This document shows, piece after piece, positions 10,101 through 17,677 of a stretch of 64,000 nt of DNA (its first letter is position 1; each line of letters begins with the position of its first letter). The notes beneath the pieces were generated by a model that saw only the letters and a list, made by a program, of their open reading frames with translations, searched no databases and had not been told where the DNA came from. This DNA is from Parcubacteria group bacterium Gr01-1014_13 (lineage in GTDB: Bacteria > Patescibacteriota > Patescibacteriia > Magasanikbacterales > GWA2-37-8), in the NCBI GenBank assembly GCA_007376295.1, contig VMGB01000001.1, forward strand, positions 5,030 through 69,029, in the 5' to 3' direction. The position numbers and the translations under genes are program-made.

Positions 10101-10909
10101 CCATCGTCTTTTTGTGCGAAAATCCTTGGCCGCCAAAAGATTTATTCTTGGGCAATGCCGGTCCGTTTATTATTTTCCCTTATGAAGATAAGTTAGGAAA
10201 TAACGACGGCTATAGTTTGGCTGCCAGCACATTCAACAACACTCCTTTGCCACCTTCTCCTAGCGGCGGTTACTTTAATTTCAGATCTTATTACTGCGCG
10301 GATAGTGGTAGTTTTGGTACAGACGATGATTTGCCGTATTTGCGTCCGGCAGTTCAGGTGTCGAGCGCAATAGTTACTGATAGTCCTACGTCTAGTTTAA
10401 AACGATTTATTTTGACTAATACCAGAAACAACGATGCTATCGGAATGGCAGTCTTTTCTAATCCAAAACACTTAACTGTAGCCCAATGGTTTGCAACTGA
10501 CCGGGCTTTAGGCGGACAAGGATTCACTGGTAATATGCAGACTACAAAAATAGATGGCTATGATGCGCTTACGGATGGGAATAATATCTATGTAGATGCG
10601 CTTAATTATTCCGACACTGTTCCTCACAATCTTTACTCTAATATTTACTTATTTAGTATTAATGCTGATGCTCAGCCAGAGACAAAAAAAGTATTTGAAC
10701 AGATGATTGAAAATTTGCGCTTTAATGTCAATCTAACTAATTATGGTTACTGCGGCCCAACAATGGCCAACCCAGGGGCTTCCACCACTTGCCAAACTGA
10801 TTTGGATTGTTCTGGCACAGAAATTTGTTCGGTACAGACCGACAAATTAAAGAGAAATTACCAGAGACTCCGAGATCTAAATGAGATACAAAATTTATTG
10901 GGTATTTAA
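4136..10909 (+). CDS. Giant (2257 aa) secreted surface protein. It carries a TrbC/VirB2-like pilin module, Ig-like domains, about five IPT/TIG domains, Cys-rich CGNG..GE.CD (DUF4215/Myxococcus-type) repeats and further Ig-like domains.
   Basis: Signal peptide MTQRRGKILITLLFAVLATAACLWFAPAVHA, then a pilin module nearly identical to the upstream gene. TIG-like repeats are present (MRINGVSPLSGGPGTFVSISGDYFGN..., PFISSITPDRGGKGEYITITGNNFG...). Repeats CGNGQLEAGEDCDPPG / CGNGIVEPNRGETCD / CGNGSIGSGEDCD / CGDGVNNPDEDTGCD / CGNGLAEIGEDAFCE lie at nt about 8290-8990. Confidence 0.85.
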   Translation: MTQRRGKILITLLFAVLATAACLWFAPAVHAQTTNAPDLGLAPVGSSIGLPSTDIRLVVANIIRVALGLLGIVALVLIIYAGFVWMTAGGEEEKISQAKKIMVNAAIGLAIILSSYAIASFVISKLTDATTDNGGIGGPGGGGDNPYFPGGIFYVDSLPSGGQLCIRNVHLALTFNLKADISTLNDNVVVQKADGTVQPGQWESLSNTTVAFVPNGDCGSGTPDCYAANTAYTLHFKNGSAVKSANGQLGLNCAIKAGCGDVQFTTGDGVDRNPPQVKIEPIASDLLRVGNVVPVEVSYTDDNGVQKIDLTADNFFVSSQSVPGCQKSGSVTLNWPTVGISGGVHALGATGFDWSALSDSTSTNVNLLPQHCFDNTLQADLGEVKVGPPACGGECGACAGSPCTTNTQCASGFCDQVAGVCVDKMRINGVSPLSGGPGTFVSISGDYFGNTPGKVFIGATPAPLAACAIGAWKPWQIIIQVPPGAVSGPISVETAPDSGGKNFTDATNDSFGPRISDFTVNNLVRPGLCGINPVGDLPGAEVSLLGQRFSNAPGQVFFGQQSVLISLSNWTDTLIKARVPLLDVGPVAVKVSKNNLDSNSVKFFVEQGLSGTAPFISSITPDRGGKGEYITITGNNFGDQTGRIWFKENINGQPGDAIDGSFTFPAGCQNTWTDKQIIVKFPANNGSVGKSYFVQVRPADSSLGTSPLGPIFNLEAGLPSPGICNINPVSSPVPFASAAPDMKIIGENFGAAPLVYFWGPAASSTSITGRILGSSSTVTNMLVGQTISTRPLAGTISGPVVVQRKPDNKLSNPQNFSVVDCVKNNNTCTAVNTHCCMAGTESGMCKPDTELCEGETLSTGFIWRFSTKDIPKIPQVVERCDNNTDLGLNIPSPSPSTLWDTSTSGVHHSVCRTASVMVEFSLPTMNNISRTNLVVNECNPSTVNEINRTCTAVGQVNLKGTGDFVPQLSTERTDYLQLNPDASYNNGKWKDNTWYQVVLRSGITAGVGTSSAPLAKDKPCGGDSSYCFVFRSDSQDCKMKQVVITPYSYFTTVLEAPMKHRTNPADDGEDVVYSGHGLSTQHCIIMDTSMFTWTWGSKNAYYADIFSANNSSAKVSALANTVGVGLTNPENAVNVNATATLASASFGGRSPLTIDLSNPEVVDFWPTCLQSCTNAEVGVRFSTTMSNKNLPSGPIKLLKCADENCFKTTPVLADTDVFLDSATGYRILKLANSGLGSLELEPDTIYKVVISSSTSNVNSPELLWSAARLGDPTTFSKPYKKEFTWRFKTKKEKCKIHRVEVAPKNFFAEFVIDRELYSAQPFSSPDTCSAAGQKLNPWMVGWNWTSSAPAVAKVTTFSTKGSNPYCTLGCVRKGSSIPVGVTGIPVCGNGQLEAGEDCDPPGKGAGCGLDCRRLGNISTSTCGNGIVEPNRGETCDTGSATTSIGCGSNCLRLGSSAATGATVTGASICGNGSIGSGEDCDLGITASSTVAISAMRCSDNCLHLGTRLSNNWCFTNSVGFGGFAQTEFLSACRLALSRCGDGVNNPDEDTGCDLGNGKKAAKCNDFCLINTSSTSPLECVANTEGCDQNGQHIGSSLLYSTPSLCGNGLAEIGEDAFCETNIITIHTGFNPWTLATGIGLGVAIGVPATQQTDINGSTSEQTAGGGPVGNKGKFIIPCGYKTDAECEVRLGKGWGVASDGCCYVRPKLSSVYPGSTTTVQANVCPNTAIEATFDDEIDVSSLKNNIVLARGAGATATCSGTEDVSNLVLNNQPVDGSNLPWYKKIFVVVVNFFRNLAGQDVSATHTTIQSTKWCAGEDLGQGDVVVTTGTESKIIFKLDQPLAFDTDYFIALKEGLRSKRGISIGKNNTTNKPLSWKFITGSKICEIDSVAVDPSQVYLNKAGVTTTLFADAYNASAAKIQAIPRFYAWQYLWQPVGNLLVNLQETTSSRNIISAQNRNGEIDLRASAVITDNIYSNQFGAVATGKSHAIVFLCENPWPPKDLFLGNAGPFIIFPYEDKLGNNDGYSLAASTFNNTPLPPSPSGGYFNFRSYYCADSGSFGTDDDLPYLRPAVQVSSAIVTDSPTSSLKRFILTNTRNNDAIGMAVFSNPKHLTVAQWFATDRALGGQGFTGNMQTTKIDGYDALTDGNNIYVDALNYSDTVPHNLYSNIYLFSINADAQPETKKVFEQMIENLRFNVNLTNYGYCGPTMANPGASTTCQTDLDCSGTEICSVQTDKLKRNYQRLRDLNEIQNLLGI
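4265..4535 (+). repeat. Copy 2 of the duplicated pilin-module coding segment
   Basis: Aligns with 2260..2530 (STDIRLVVANIIRVALGLLGIVALVLIIYAGFVWMTAGGEEEKISQAKKIMVNAAIGLAIILSSYAIASFVISKLTDAT). Confidence 0.8.
8281..8998 (+). repeat. Tandem protein-level Cys-rich repeats (about five units of 35-60 aa, CGNG/CGDG...GE.CD...C..C) inside the giant gene
   Basis: Read directly from the translation. The copies have diverged at the nucleotide level. Confidence 0.7.
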
Positions 10910-10950
10910 GTAAAGTATGGTAAAATATTAGTGCAGATTCTCAAAATCGT

Positions 10951-13900
10951 ATGACAAAGAAAAAAATATTTTTGTTTTATTTATTCGCCATTATTTTAAC
11001 TTCGGCTTTTTTATCTCACGCAAAAGTAAAAGCTGCTAACGCGCCAGCTCTCAAAGAGGGGACATACTTAACCGGCCAAACCTTAAGCATCTGGCCTTCC
11101 TGGTCACTGCTAGGAAATTCTTTAGGCGTTAATTTACCTTCCGACCCTATAAATCAATTGGCTACTGCCGGCACCTGTGTTACCAGTACCAATAGATTCT
11201 GTATCAATGATGCCCAATGTCCGGCTGGCGAAACTTGTGTTTTACATGACCCGGAAACTGGCTGGAGCGTTGCCAACAGGCGCTTTACTTTTGCGTGCAA
11301 TAAAGATTCTTACGCTTATCGGTATATAGCTTCTACAACACCCGGTGCTTATACAGTGCGCGCTCATTTTGAAGATCCGGGGATTGCACCGGCAAATTTT
11401 AACAGTTTTGTTTCTAGTTTTGTCAGCACTAGCGTTTTTAAAATAAATGATAGTAGCGGTGTATGTAATTTTGATCAGGAAATTTCTTCCATGCAATCCG
11501 GTACTTGCGGAGATGGTAAACTTAATTTGAATAAAGGTGAACAGTGCGATCCGCCCGGCATAGTTGAATACGCTACTGGTTGTGTTGGAGCTATTAAAAA
11601 TTTAAATGTCTGCGGCAAAAATTGCAGATGGACCGCTTCTACCACTTTATGCAGCAATTTAAGTAAATGTGGTAATGGTTCCATAGAGTTTGGTGAAACC
11701 TGTGATGATGGTACTTTAAATGGAAAATATAATCATTGTAATGTTACTTGCAATGGTGTGAGTGCTTTGGGCAAGTGTGGAGATGGAACTTTACAGTCCA
11801 CTTATGAAATTTGTGATCCTAGTACGTCTGGAAAAGAAAAGTATGCTCTTAATAAAGCCGGATCTTGCAGTTGGGATTGCCAAAAATTCGGACCTTATTG
11901 TGGGGATACTATTGCCCAGACTCAATATGGTGAAGAATGTGATGGCTCGCAAGCTTGTTCGGTAGATGGAAATCCCGGTGTTCGAGTTTGTACAAATAAT
12001 TGCTTGCAACAAGACAGTAAAGCCGCAGCTTGGTGGCATTTGGAAAAGATGGTGGGTTATAAACCAGGATTAACTAACAAAACTGATGATGCTACGGTAA
12101 ATGGCAATTTGGCAATATGTCCAGTGGCTAATTGCCCGGCCACGAGTACAGGAAAATATGGTAATGGCCGTGAGTTTAATATTCCTTCTGGTGGAACAGG
12201 TGGTAAGTATTTAACTGTCGCAAGTAGCGCCAGTTTGGAAGCTACCAGCTCATTAACTGTAGAAGCATGGATTTTTCCAACTACCACTAGCAGTCTTTAT
12301 CAGAGAATTGTGGAAAAAGGAGGCCCCAGCACTGGTAAGGGTTATGATTTGGAATTTAACATTTCGGCCACTACATCTGTAGTAAGGTTTAATTTATGGA
12401 ATGGCACACAAACCTCAGTTGATTCAAAAAGTTCTATTTCTACAGGTACCTGGACGCATGTAGTTGGTACATATGTCCTAAATGGAACCAGCAATATTGC
12501 TAAAATTTATATTAATGGAGTTTTGGAAAATACAAATAGTATTATTAGGCCTACTCCGATAATGGCGAAAGATACTGGCAGTTTAGCAATTGGTAAATCT
12601 GCCGGTGCAGCTCTCACCAATTTTTTCTTTGGCAGTTTGGATGAAGTTAAAATTTATAATCACACTTTATCGGATGATGAGGTGAAAAATAATTATCAAA
12701 GCGGCTGGTATTGTACAGCTACTTCTACGCCAGTCACAGCCCCATCTGGTAGCTGTGGCGATAATATTGTAGATCCTAATGAAGCCTGTGATCGGGGAAC
12801 AGCCGATAATGGCCGCGCCTGCGCCCCAGCTTATGGCGTACCATGTTCTTATTGCTCGACAGATTGTCAGAATACTATTGAAGTCCAACCCATTGAATAT
12901 TGCGGCAACGGCATTATTGAAAGTTCAGAAAAATGCGAAGTGGCTGGCGCGAATATTTTCGCAGCCACTAACACTGTTGGCAGAACAGCTTCTGTAAAAA
13001 ATACTAGTTACAATGGTTATCAAGAGCTGGCGTGCGCGGATGAGACTCCGGTCGTTACGCATACTATAAAAAAAGGTACAAAGAGTTGCCCGGATTGTTC
13101 TTTGGGAATAATAAGAAATTGCGTGCAGTGCGGTGCGGATGTAAATGGGGTGGGCGTGGAGGGCGGTCTAATTAATGTTTTGGAAAACCCTATAACAAAC
13201 AGTTCCCGAGATCCGCTTTTTGCTAAAATTACAAGCAGCTCGCTTAGTTTATCGGTTAGCAACCGATTTCCAAGCCTTCCGCCTATCTGTAGTATAGTTG
13301 TGCCTCAGCTTCAACCGTCTGTATGCAAAGACAGGCTCACTGCTTCATCTCCGATAGTAGCTGTGGATAGGAAAAATGGAAATTCCTCAAACCTTGTTTC
13401 TTATGCCTTATTTAATCCTTACGTTAGCGGTTTTCCATCCGCTCTAGTCAATAGCGATCCCATTTGTTCCGTGAGTGATAGCTTTATTGATAAGTATCAA
13501 ATGTATGTTAATTATGACTGGTCCCGCCCGTTAAATTTCCCGGTGGTAGCCGAACCGCAATCTTGGCAATATGACTTAGTGTTTTCGCCGGTAGTTTCCA
13601 GCACTAAGCGTGCCAGAGATATAAGGGTGGTCGTAAGTTGGGTTGGATCCGGAGATTTTTATAGCGGAGTAGTTAATCCGTTTATTTCCAACCCTCAAAT
13701 AGAAGGAGCGAATTATGTTGCTCCGGGGCCATCCTATCAGTATGCTACCGGCATAAATTATTACAATTCACCAGCTGATTTCAAAAAATACGGTATCTGG
13801 TATCATGGTTTTAATGTTACTCCCGGCCAAACAAGCGCCGAGGCCTTTACAATTGATACGGCAAATATGAGTGGCAACACCTATGCATTTTATGTGCGCT

Positions 13901-14448
13901 CTCCAAGTTATCCGATCAGAATATATAAAAATACTGCTAAGTTAAAAGTGGATGTTTATTTGCCCGAACTAGACAACAGCCAGTATCATTTTGGCACTCC
14001 GGCCCGGACATATTACTTTATCTCTTCGGCTCCTTCGGATAACCAAAACGCCCGCTATTGGCAAGTGTTTAATATGAAATTTTCATCGTCAAGTTTATCC
14101 GTATCAGATATAATAGGTATAAATACGATAGTTACAGGGCCTACATACTTTAAATATACAAACCCTCTGGTTGCTAACCCCGCATGCACAGAGGCGGATT
14201 GGCGTGCGACTACACCTCTAGTATTTTGTGCGATAGGGTCAACAAAAACACTAACTTGGACAAAATTAACAAATTGTGTTGGTGGGGTACAGCATCCGCC
14301 CACAGAGGTTGTCTCTTGTGGCGATCCGCAACAATCTCCCACTACCCAACAGACCCAAACAACTCAAACAAGCCAACCGGCTATCGGCACTAAAAATGTT
14401 TCCCAACCCATTATTTCCCAACCTACCACCAATCAACAGAGCCCATAG
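10951..14448 (+). CDS. Large (1165 aa) secreted protein with DUF4215-type Cys-rich repeats, a LamG/concanavalin-like domain and a Thr/Gln-rich C-terminal tail
   Basis: Signal peptide MTKKKIFLFYLFAIILTSAFLSHAKVKA. Repeats CGDGKLNLNKGEQCDPPG / CGNGSIEFGETCDDG / CGDGTLQSTYEICDP / CGDNIVDPNEACD / CGNGIIESSEKCE. LamG-like block NGNLAICPV...YDLEFN...KIYINGV...SLDEVKIYNHTLSDDEV. The tail reads TTQQTQTTQTSQP. Confidence 0.8.
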   Translation: MTKKKIFLFYLFAIILTSAFLSHAKVKAANAPALKEGTYLTGQTLSIWPSWSLLGNSLGVNLPSDPINQLATAGTCVTSTNRFCINDAQCPAGETCVLHDPETGWSVANRRFTFACNKDSYAYRYIASTTPGAYTVRAHFEDPGIAPANFNSFVSSFVSTSVFKINDSSGVCNFDQEISSMQSGTCGDGKLNLNKGEQCDPPGIVEYATGCVGAIKNLNVCGKNCRWTASTTLCSNLSKCGNGSIEFGETCDDGTLNGKYNHCNVTCNGVSALGKCGDGTLQSTYEICDPSTSGKEKYALNKAGSCSWDCQKFGPYCGDTIAQTQYGEECDGSQACSVDGNPGVRVCTNNCLQQDSKAAAWWHLEKMVGYKPGLTNKTDDATVNGNLAICPVANCPATSTGKYGNGREFNIPSGGTGGKYLTVASSASLEATSSLTVEAWIFPTTTSSLYQRIVEKGGPSTGKGYDLEFNISATTSVVRFNLWNGTQTSVDSKSSISTGTWTHVVGTYVLNGTSNIAKIYINGVLENTNSIIRPTPIMAKDTGSLAIGKSAGAALTNFFFGSLDEVKIYNHTLSDDEVKNNYQSGWYCTATSTPVTAPSGSCGDNIVDPNEACDRGTADNGRACAPAYGVPCSYCSTDCQNTIEVQPIEYCGNGIIESSEKCEVAGANIFAATNTVGRTASVKNTSYNGYQELACADETPVVTHTIKKGTKSCPDCSLGIIRNCVQCGADVNGVGVEGGLINVLENPITNSSRDPLFAKITSSSLSLSVSNRFPSLPPICSIVVPQLQPSVCKDRLTASSPIVAVDRKNGNSSNLVSYALFNPYVSGFPSALVNSDPICSVSDSFIDKYQMYVNYDWSRPLNFPVVAEPQSWQYDLVFSPVVSSTKRARDIRVVVSWVGSGDFYSGVVNPFISNPQIEGANYVAPGPSYQYATGINYYNSPADFKKYGIWYHGFNVTPGQTSAEAFTIDTANMSGNTYAFYVRSPSYPIRIYKNTAKLKVDVYLPELDNSQYHFGTPARTYYFISSAPSDNQNARYWQVFNMKFSSSSLSVSDIIGINTIVTGPTYFKYTNPLVANPACTEADWRATTPLVFCAIGSTKTLTWTKLTNCVGGVQHPPTEVVSCGDPQQSPTTQQTQTTQTSQPAIGTKNVSQPIISQPTTNQQSP

Positions 14449-14494
14449 CGAGCTTTGCTGCATGGGAGTTTAAATAATATTATAAATAGCGCAT

Positions 14495-14890
14495 ATGATG
14501 GGAACAAATAAAAAAATTATAATCTTATTAGTTGTTTTGGCGCTGGGGGGAGCGGGGGTTTTGGCTTACAAAAAATTTATTTCATCCAAACAAGTGGATA
14601 AAAATTTAGCACCATCATCTAGTTCTTCTCTAGATGAAGCAAGACAGCAGGAATTTGACGATGCCATAAAGAAAACTTCTGCCTCGGATCAAGATATGGA
14701 TGGAATTCCAGATAATGAAGAAGCAAAATACAAAACCAGTGTTACATCTTCTGATACAGACGAAGACGGCTTACCAGATCATCAAGAAATTTTTAATTTT
14801 AAAACTGATCCGCTAAAAGCAGACACCGATGATGATGGTTCTGCAGATGGGTACGAAGTGCGTCGCGGCTCAGATCCTAAAAAGATTTAA
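14495..14890 (+). CDS. Small membrane-anchored protein with thrombospondin-type-3-like DxDxDG calcium-binding repeats
   Basis: N-terminal TM segment IIILLVVLALGGAGVLAY, then DQDMDGIPDNEE, DTDEDGLPDHQE and TDPLKADTDDDGSADGYE. Confidence 0.6.
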   Translation: MMGTNKKIIILLVVLALGGAGVLAYKKFISSKQVDKNLAPSSSSSLDEARQQEFDDAIKKTSASDQDMDGIPDNEEAKYKTSVTSSDTDEDGLPDHQEIFNFKTDPLKADTDDDGSADGYEVRRGSDPKKI

Positions 14891-14915
14891 TTTTTATCAT
14901 TTATTACTCGATTAT

Positions 14916-15689
14916 ATGTTTGATGAGCAAAACCAAAATTCAGGCGCGCCCAAAAATTTACCAGCCGAACCAGTAGATATGTTTGCTGGAGTAGAAAAAG
15001 ATGAAGGGAAGTTAGGGCAAATGCCGCCATCTAGCCCGGATGCTTTGTCTGCTGGCCGGTTGAGTCCTAAGGGGGCTCCTGCGATAAAAAAAGAAGAAGC
15101 GCCTATCTCACCTCATTTATCAAATGTCGGTCATGAACTAAAAATGAGTACGCCTATTTTGGGGAAAATATTATTATTTTTAGCGGTAGTTTTGTTATTA
15201 GGCGGTTTGGCCTACGGCGGTTGGTGGTTTATGTATGGTAGTAAAAATAAATCCGCTAAATTACCCGCAACGACCACCGAGCAGACTGTTCAAAATCAAA
15301 CTTCTGGCGTAACTAATACCACCAATATTCCTGCGCAGATAAATAATGATCAGATTTTATTTGGACAAGCAGTTGATAGCGATAAAGATGGGTTAGATGA
15401 TGTACGTGAAAAAGAGATTGGCACTGATCCGCAAAAATTAGATTCTGATATTGATGGTTTAAATGATGGTGATGAAGTTATTATATACAAGACTAATCCT
15501 TTATTTGCAGATACAGACACAGACGGTCTAAGCGATGGCGATGAGATTCTTATTTGGCGCTCTAACCCTTTGAATATGGATACCGATGGTGATAGTTATA
15601 AAGATGGTGAAGAAGTGAGAAATGGCTATAGTCCTGTTGGGCCTGGAAAACTATTTAGCGCACCGTCTTCCACAGCTACAGGCACTTAA
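14916..15689 (+). CDS. Membrane-anchored protein with TSP3-like DxDxDG repeats. The start is taken at the internal ATG of listed ORF 14829..15689.
   Basis: ATG at 14916 lies downstream of the previous stop at 14890. TM segment ILGKILLFLAVVLLLGGLAYGGWWF. Repeats DSDKDGLDDVRE, DSDIDGLNDGDE, TNPLFADTDTDGLSDGDE and SNPLNMDTDGDSYKDGEE. Confidence 0.65.
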   Translation: MFDEQNQNSGAPKNLPAEPVDMFAGVEKDEGKLGQMPPSSPDALSAGRLSPKGAPAIKKEEAPISPHLSNVGHELKMSTPILGKILLFLAVVLLLGGLAYGGWWFMYGSKNKSAKLPATTTEQTVQNQTSGVTNTTNIPAQINNDQILFGQAVDSDKDGLDDVREKEIGTDPQKLDSDIDGLNDGDEVIIYKTNPLFADTDTDGLSDGDEILIWRSNPLNMDTDGDSYKDGEEVRNGYSPVGPGKLFSAPSSTATGT

Positions 15690-15696
15690 ACTATAT

Positions 15697-16857
15697 ATGT
15701 TTGGAAAAAAAGAGGAAATAAGTACAAAAAATGATCCGATGAGTAAGGTTCCGAGTGATGGGCAAACTATAAGTGTGCAGACAATTCCTGCAGATTTTTA
15801 TGGCGGTGTAAATCCAGTCGTGAAATTTAAAAAAGTAGAAAAAGAAGTGTTGCTGGAATCAAAATCAAAGCTGACTCCGTCAGAAAAGAAAGTTCTTGAT
15901 AAAAGCACGGCTGCAGGCAAGGATTCGCTTTTGCATCCGGTCAATATTTTGACCAATAAAAAATATGCGATAATTTTTGGATCTTCTCTTTTCGTGCTTA
16001 TTGTGGCCGGGGTGAGCGTCTATTATTATCTACAACTTCGACAGCCAAAGATTTCTCTGCCGCCACAACCGGAAATTAGCATTCCTACTACCAGCGAGCT
16101 GACACCAGTAGCGGTAGAAAGTCCGACCGAAGAGCCCGCTGTTACTAGTACTGCGCCTCAATCTTTAGCAGAAGCGCCGATAGAATTTCCGTCCAGTCTT
16201 TTAGGAGATAGTCCGGATTTGGATAAAGACAGCCTGACAGACACTGCTGAAGAGTTGTTTGGTACCGACCCAAGCAAGCCAGATACTGATGAAGATAGTT
16301 ATAACGATGGCCATGAAGTTTTTTATCTGTATAATCCGGCTGGCAAAGAGCCCTTGAAATTAATCGACTCTGGTTTTGTAAAGGATTATAATAATCCAGT
16401 GTTTGGTTATAAAGTTTTTTATCCGTCAACTTGGGCTGTGGGCAATGTGGATGAAGGTTATCGAGATGTTTTGTTTAGTACGATTACCGGTGAGAACATA
16501 GAACTTCGGGTGTTTGATCGATTGTCAAACCAGACATTTGCAGACTGGTTTGCGCAGTGGGCGCCAACCGAGCAATATCAAAATTTGAAAGATTTTCAAA
16601 CTAAATTCGGACAGTCAGGTAAAAGCAGGGCAGATAGCTTGGTATATTATTTTATGGACGATAACCATGTATATGTGGTAGTTTACCATACCACAGATTC
16701 CAATGTGGTTAATTATCGGTCCGTAATGGCGATGATGGCAAGGAGTTTTAGAACTCCTGGGTTCACTGCTTCGGAAGCAGTCCCACCACCAAATGCGGAA
16801 ACAAATACTTTCCCTACTGAAATGCCTACCGCCATAAACGCTCCAGAATCCCAATAA
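15697..16857 (+). CDS. Membrane-anchored protein with TSP3-like repeats and a C-terminal domain resembling the PsbP/DUF1795 fold (tentative). The start is taken at the internal ATG of listed ORF 15622..16857.
   Basis: ATG at 15697 lies immediately after the upstream stop at 15687-15689. TM segment AIIFGSSLFVLIVAGVSVYYYL. Repeats DSPDLDKDSLTDTAEELFGTDPSKPDTDEDSYNDGHE. C-terminal block FGYKVFYPSTWAV... Confidence 0.6.
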   Translation: MFGKKEEISTKNDPMSKVPSDGQTISVQTIPADFYGGVNPVVKFKKVEKEVLLESKSKLTPSEKKVLDKSTAAGKDSLLHPVNILTNKKYAIIFGSSLFVLIVAGVSVYYYLQLRQPKISLPPQPEISIPTTSELTPVAVESPTEEPAVTSTAPQSLAEAPIEFPSSLLGDSPDLDKDSLTDTAEELFGTDPSKPDTDEDSYNDGHEVFYLYNPAGKEPLKLIDSGFVKDYNNPVFGYKVFYPSTWAVGNVDEGYRDVLFSTITGENIELRVFDRLSNQTFADWFAQWAPTEQYQNLKDFQTKFGQSGKSRADSLVYYFMDDNHVYVVVYHTTDSNVVNYRSVMAMMARSFRTPGFTASEAVPPPNAETNTFPTEMPTAINAPESQ

Positions 16858-16862
16858 TAAGT

Positions 16863-17288
16863 ATGTTATCTTTAGATTTTAATAAACGGGTAAAATGTCC
16901 GTGGACACAGAGTGAGATCGAAAAAATATTTAGAGTAATCGAAAAGAAAATAAAAGCCAGCGGAGACTTGGAGATAAATATAGTTGGCGACAAAGAAATA
17001 AAGGATTTGAATTTTAGATACAGAGGAAAAAATAAAGTAACGGACGTGCTCGCATTTGCCTGGCAGGAAGACGGAGTGATAAAAACAAACAGTTTAGGAC
17101 AGATTTATATTTGCTACCCCCAGATTGTTCGTCAGGCAAAAGAATTCAAGGTGAAAATCAAGGAAGAATTTGTCCGAATGTTGGCCCACGGATTTTTACA
17201 TATTATGGGGCACGATCATGAAAAAAAGAAAGAAGCGGAAATAATGTTTAAAATTCAGGAAGAAATAGTAGATGAATATCTTAACTAA
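16863..17288 (+). CDS. ybeY: rRNA maturation endoribonuclease YbeY
   Basis: HGFLHIMGHDH zinc-binding motif; 141 aa. Confidence 0.9.
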   Translation: MLSLDFNKRVKCPWTQSEIEKIFRVIEKKIKASGDLEINIVGDKEIKDLNFRYRGKNKVTDVLAFAWQEDGVIKTNSLGQIYICYPQIVRQAKEFKVKIKEEFVRMLAHGFLHIMGHDHEKKKEAEIMFKIQEEIVDEYLN

Positions 17289-17294
17289 CCCAGT

Positions 17295-17660
17295 ATGTCT
17301 TTGCGTAGATTGCTAAAAAGTTTTGTGGATGCAATACGGGGGTTAAAGCACGTTTTTAAATCAGAACAAAATTTTAGAATCCAAGTGCTGGTCGGTTTTT
17401 TGGTTTTGGCAGCGGCAGTTTATTTCCCTCTTCGTAGTTGGGAAGTAATACTCATTGTTTTATTGGTATTATTAGTTTTATTAGTCGAGATCTTGAATAC
17501 AGTTTTTGAATATTTTAGCGATTTGCTTAAGCCGCGTTTGCATCACTATGTGGGCGTTATAAAAGATGTTATGGCTGGAGCAGTTTTGCTTACATCGCTG
17601 GTGGCAACAGTTGTAGGAATAATAATCTTTTATCCATACTTGGAAAACTTGCTTAAGTAA
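17295..17660 (+). CDS. dgkA: Diacylglycerol/undecaprenol kinase family membrane protein
   Basis: 121 aa with 3 TM segments and the EILNTVFEYFSD motif of the prokaryotic DAGK family. It follows ybeY as in many bacteria. Confidence 0.8.
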   Translation: MSLRRLLKSFVDAIRGLKHVFKSEQNFRIQVLVGFLVLAAAVYFPLRSWEVILIVLLVLLVLLVEILNTVFEYFSDLLKPRLHHYVGVIKDVMAGAVLLTSLVATVVGIIIFYPYLENLLK

Positions 17661-17677
17661 TGATATAATGGTGTTGT

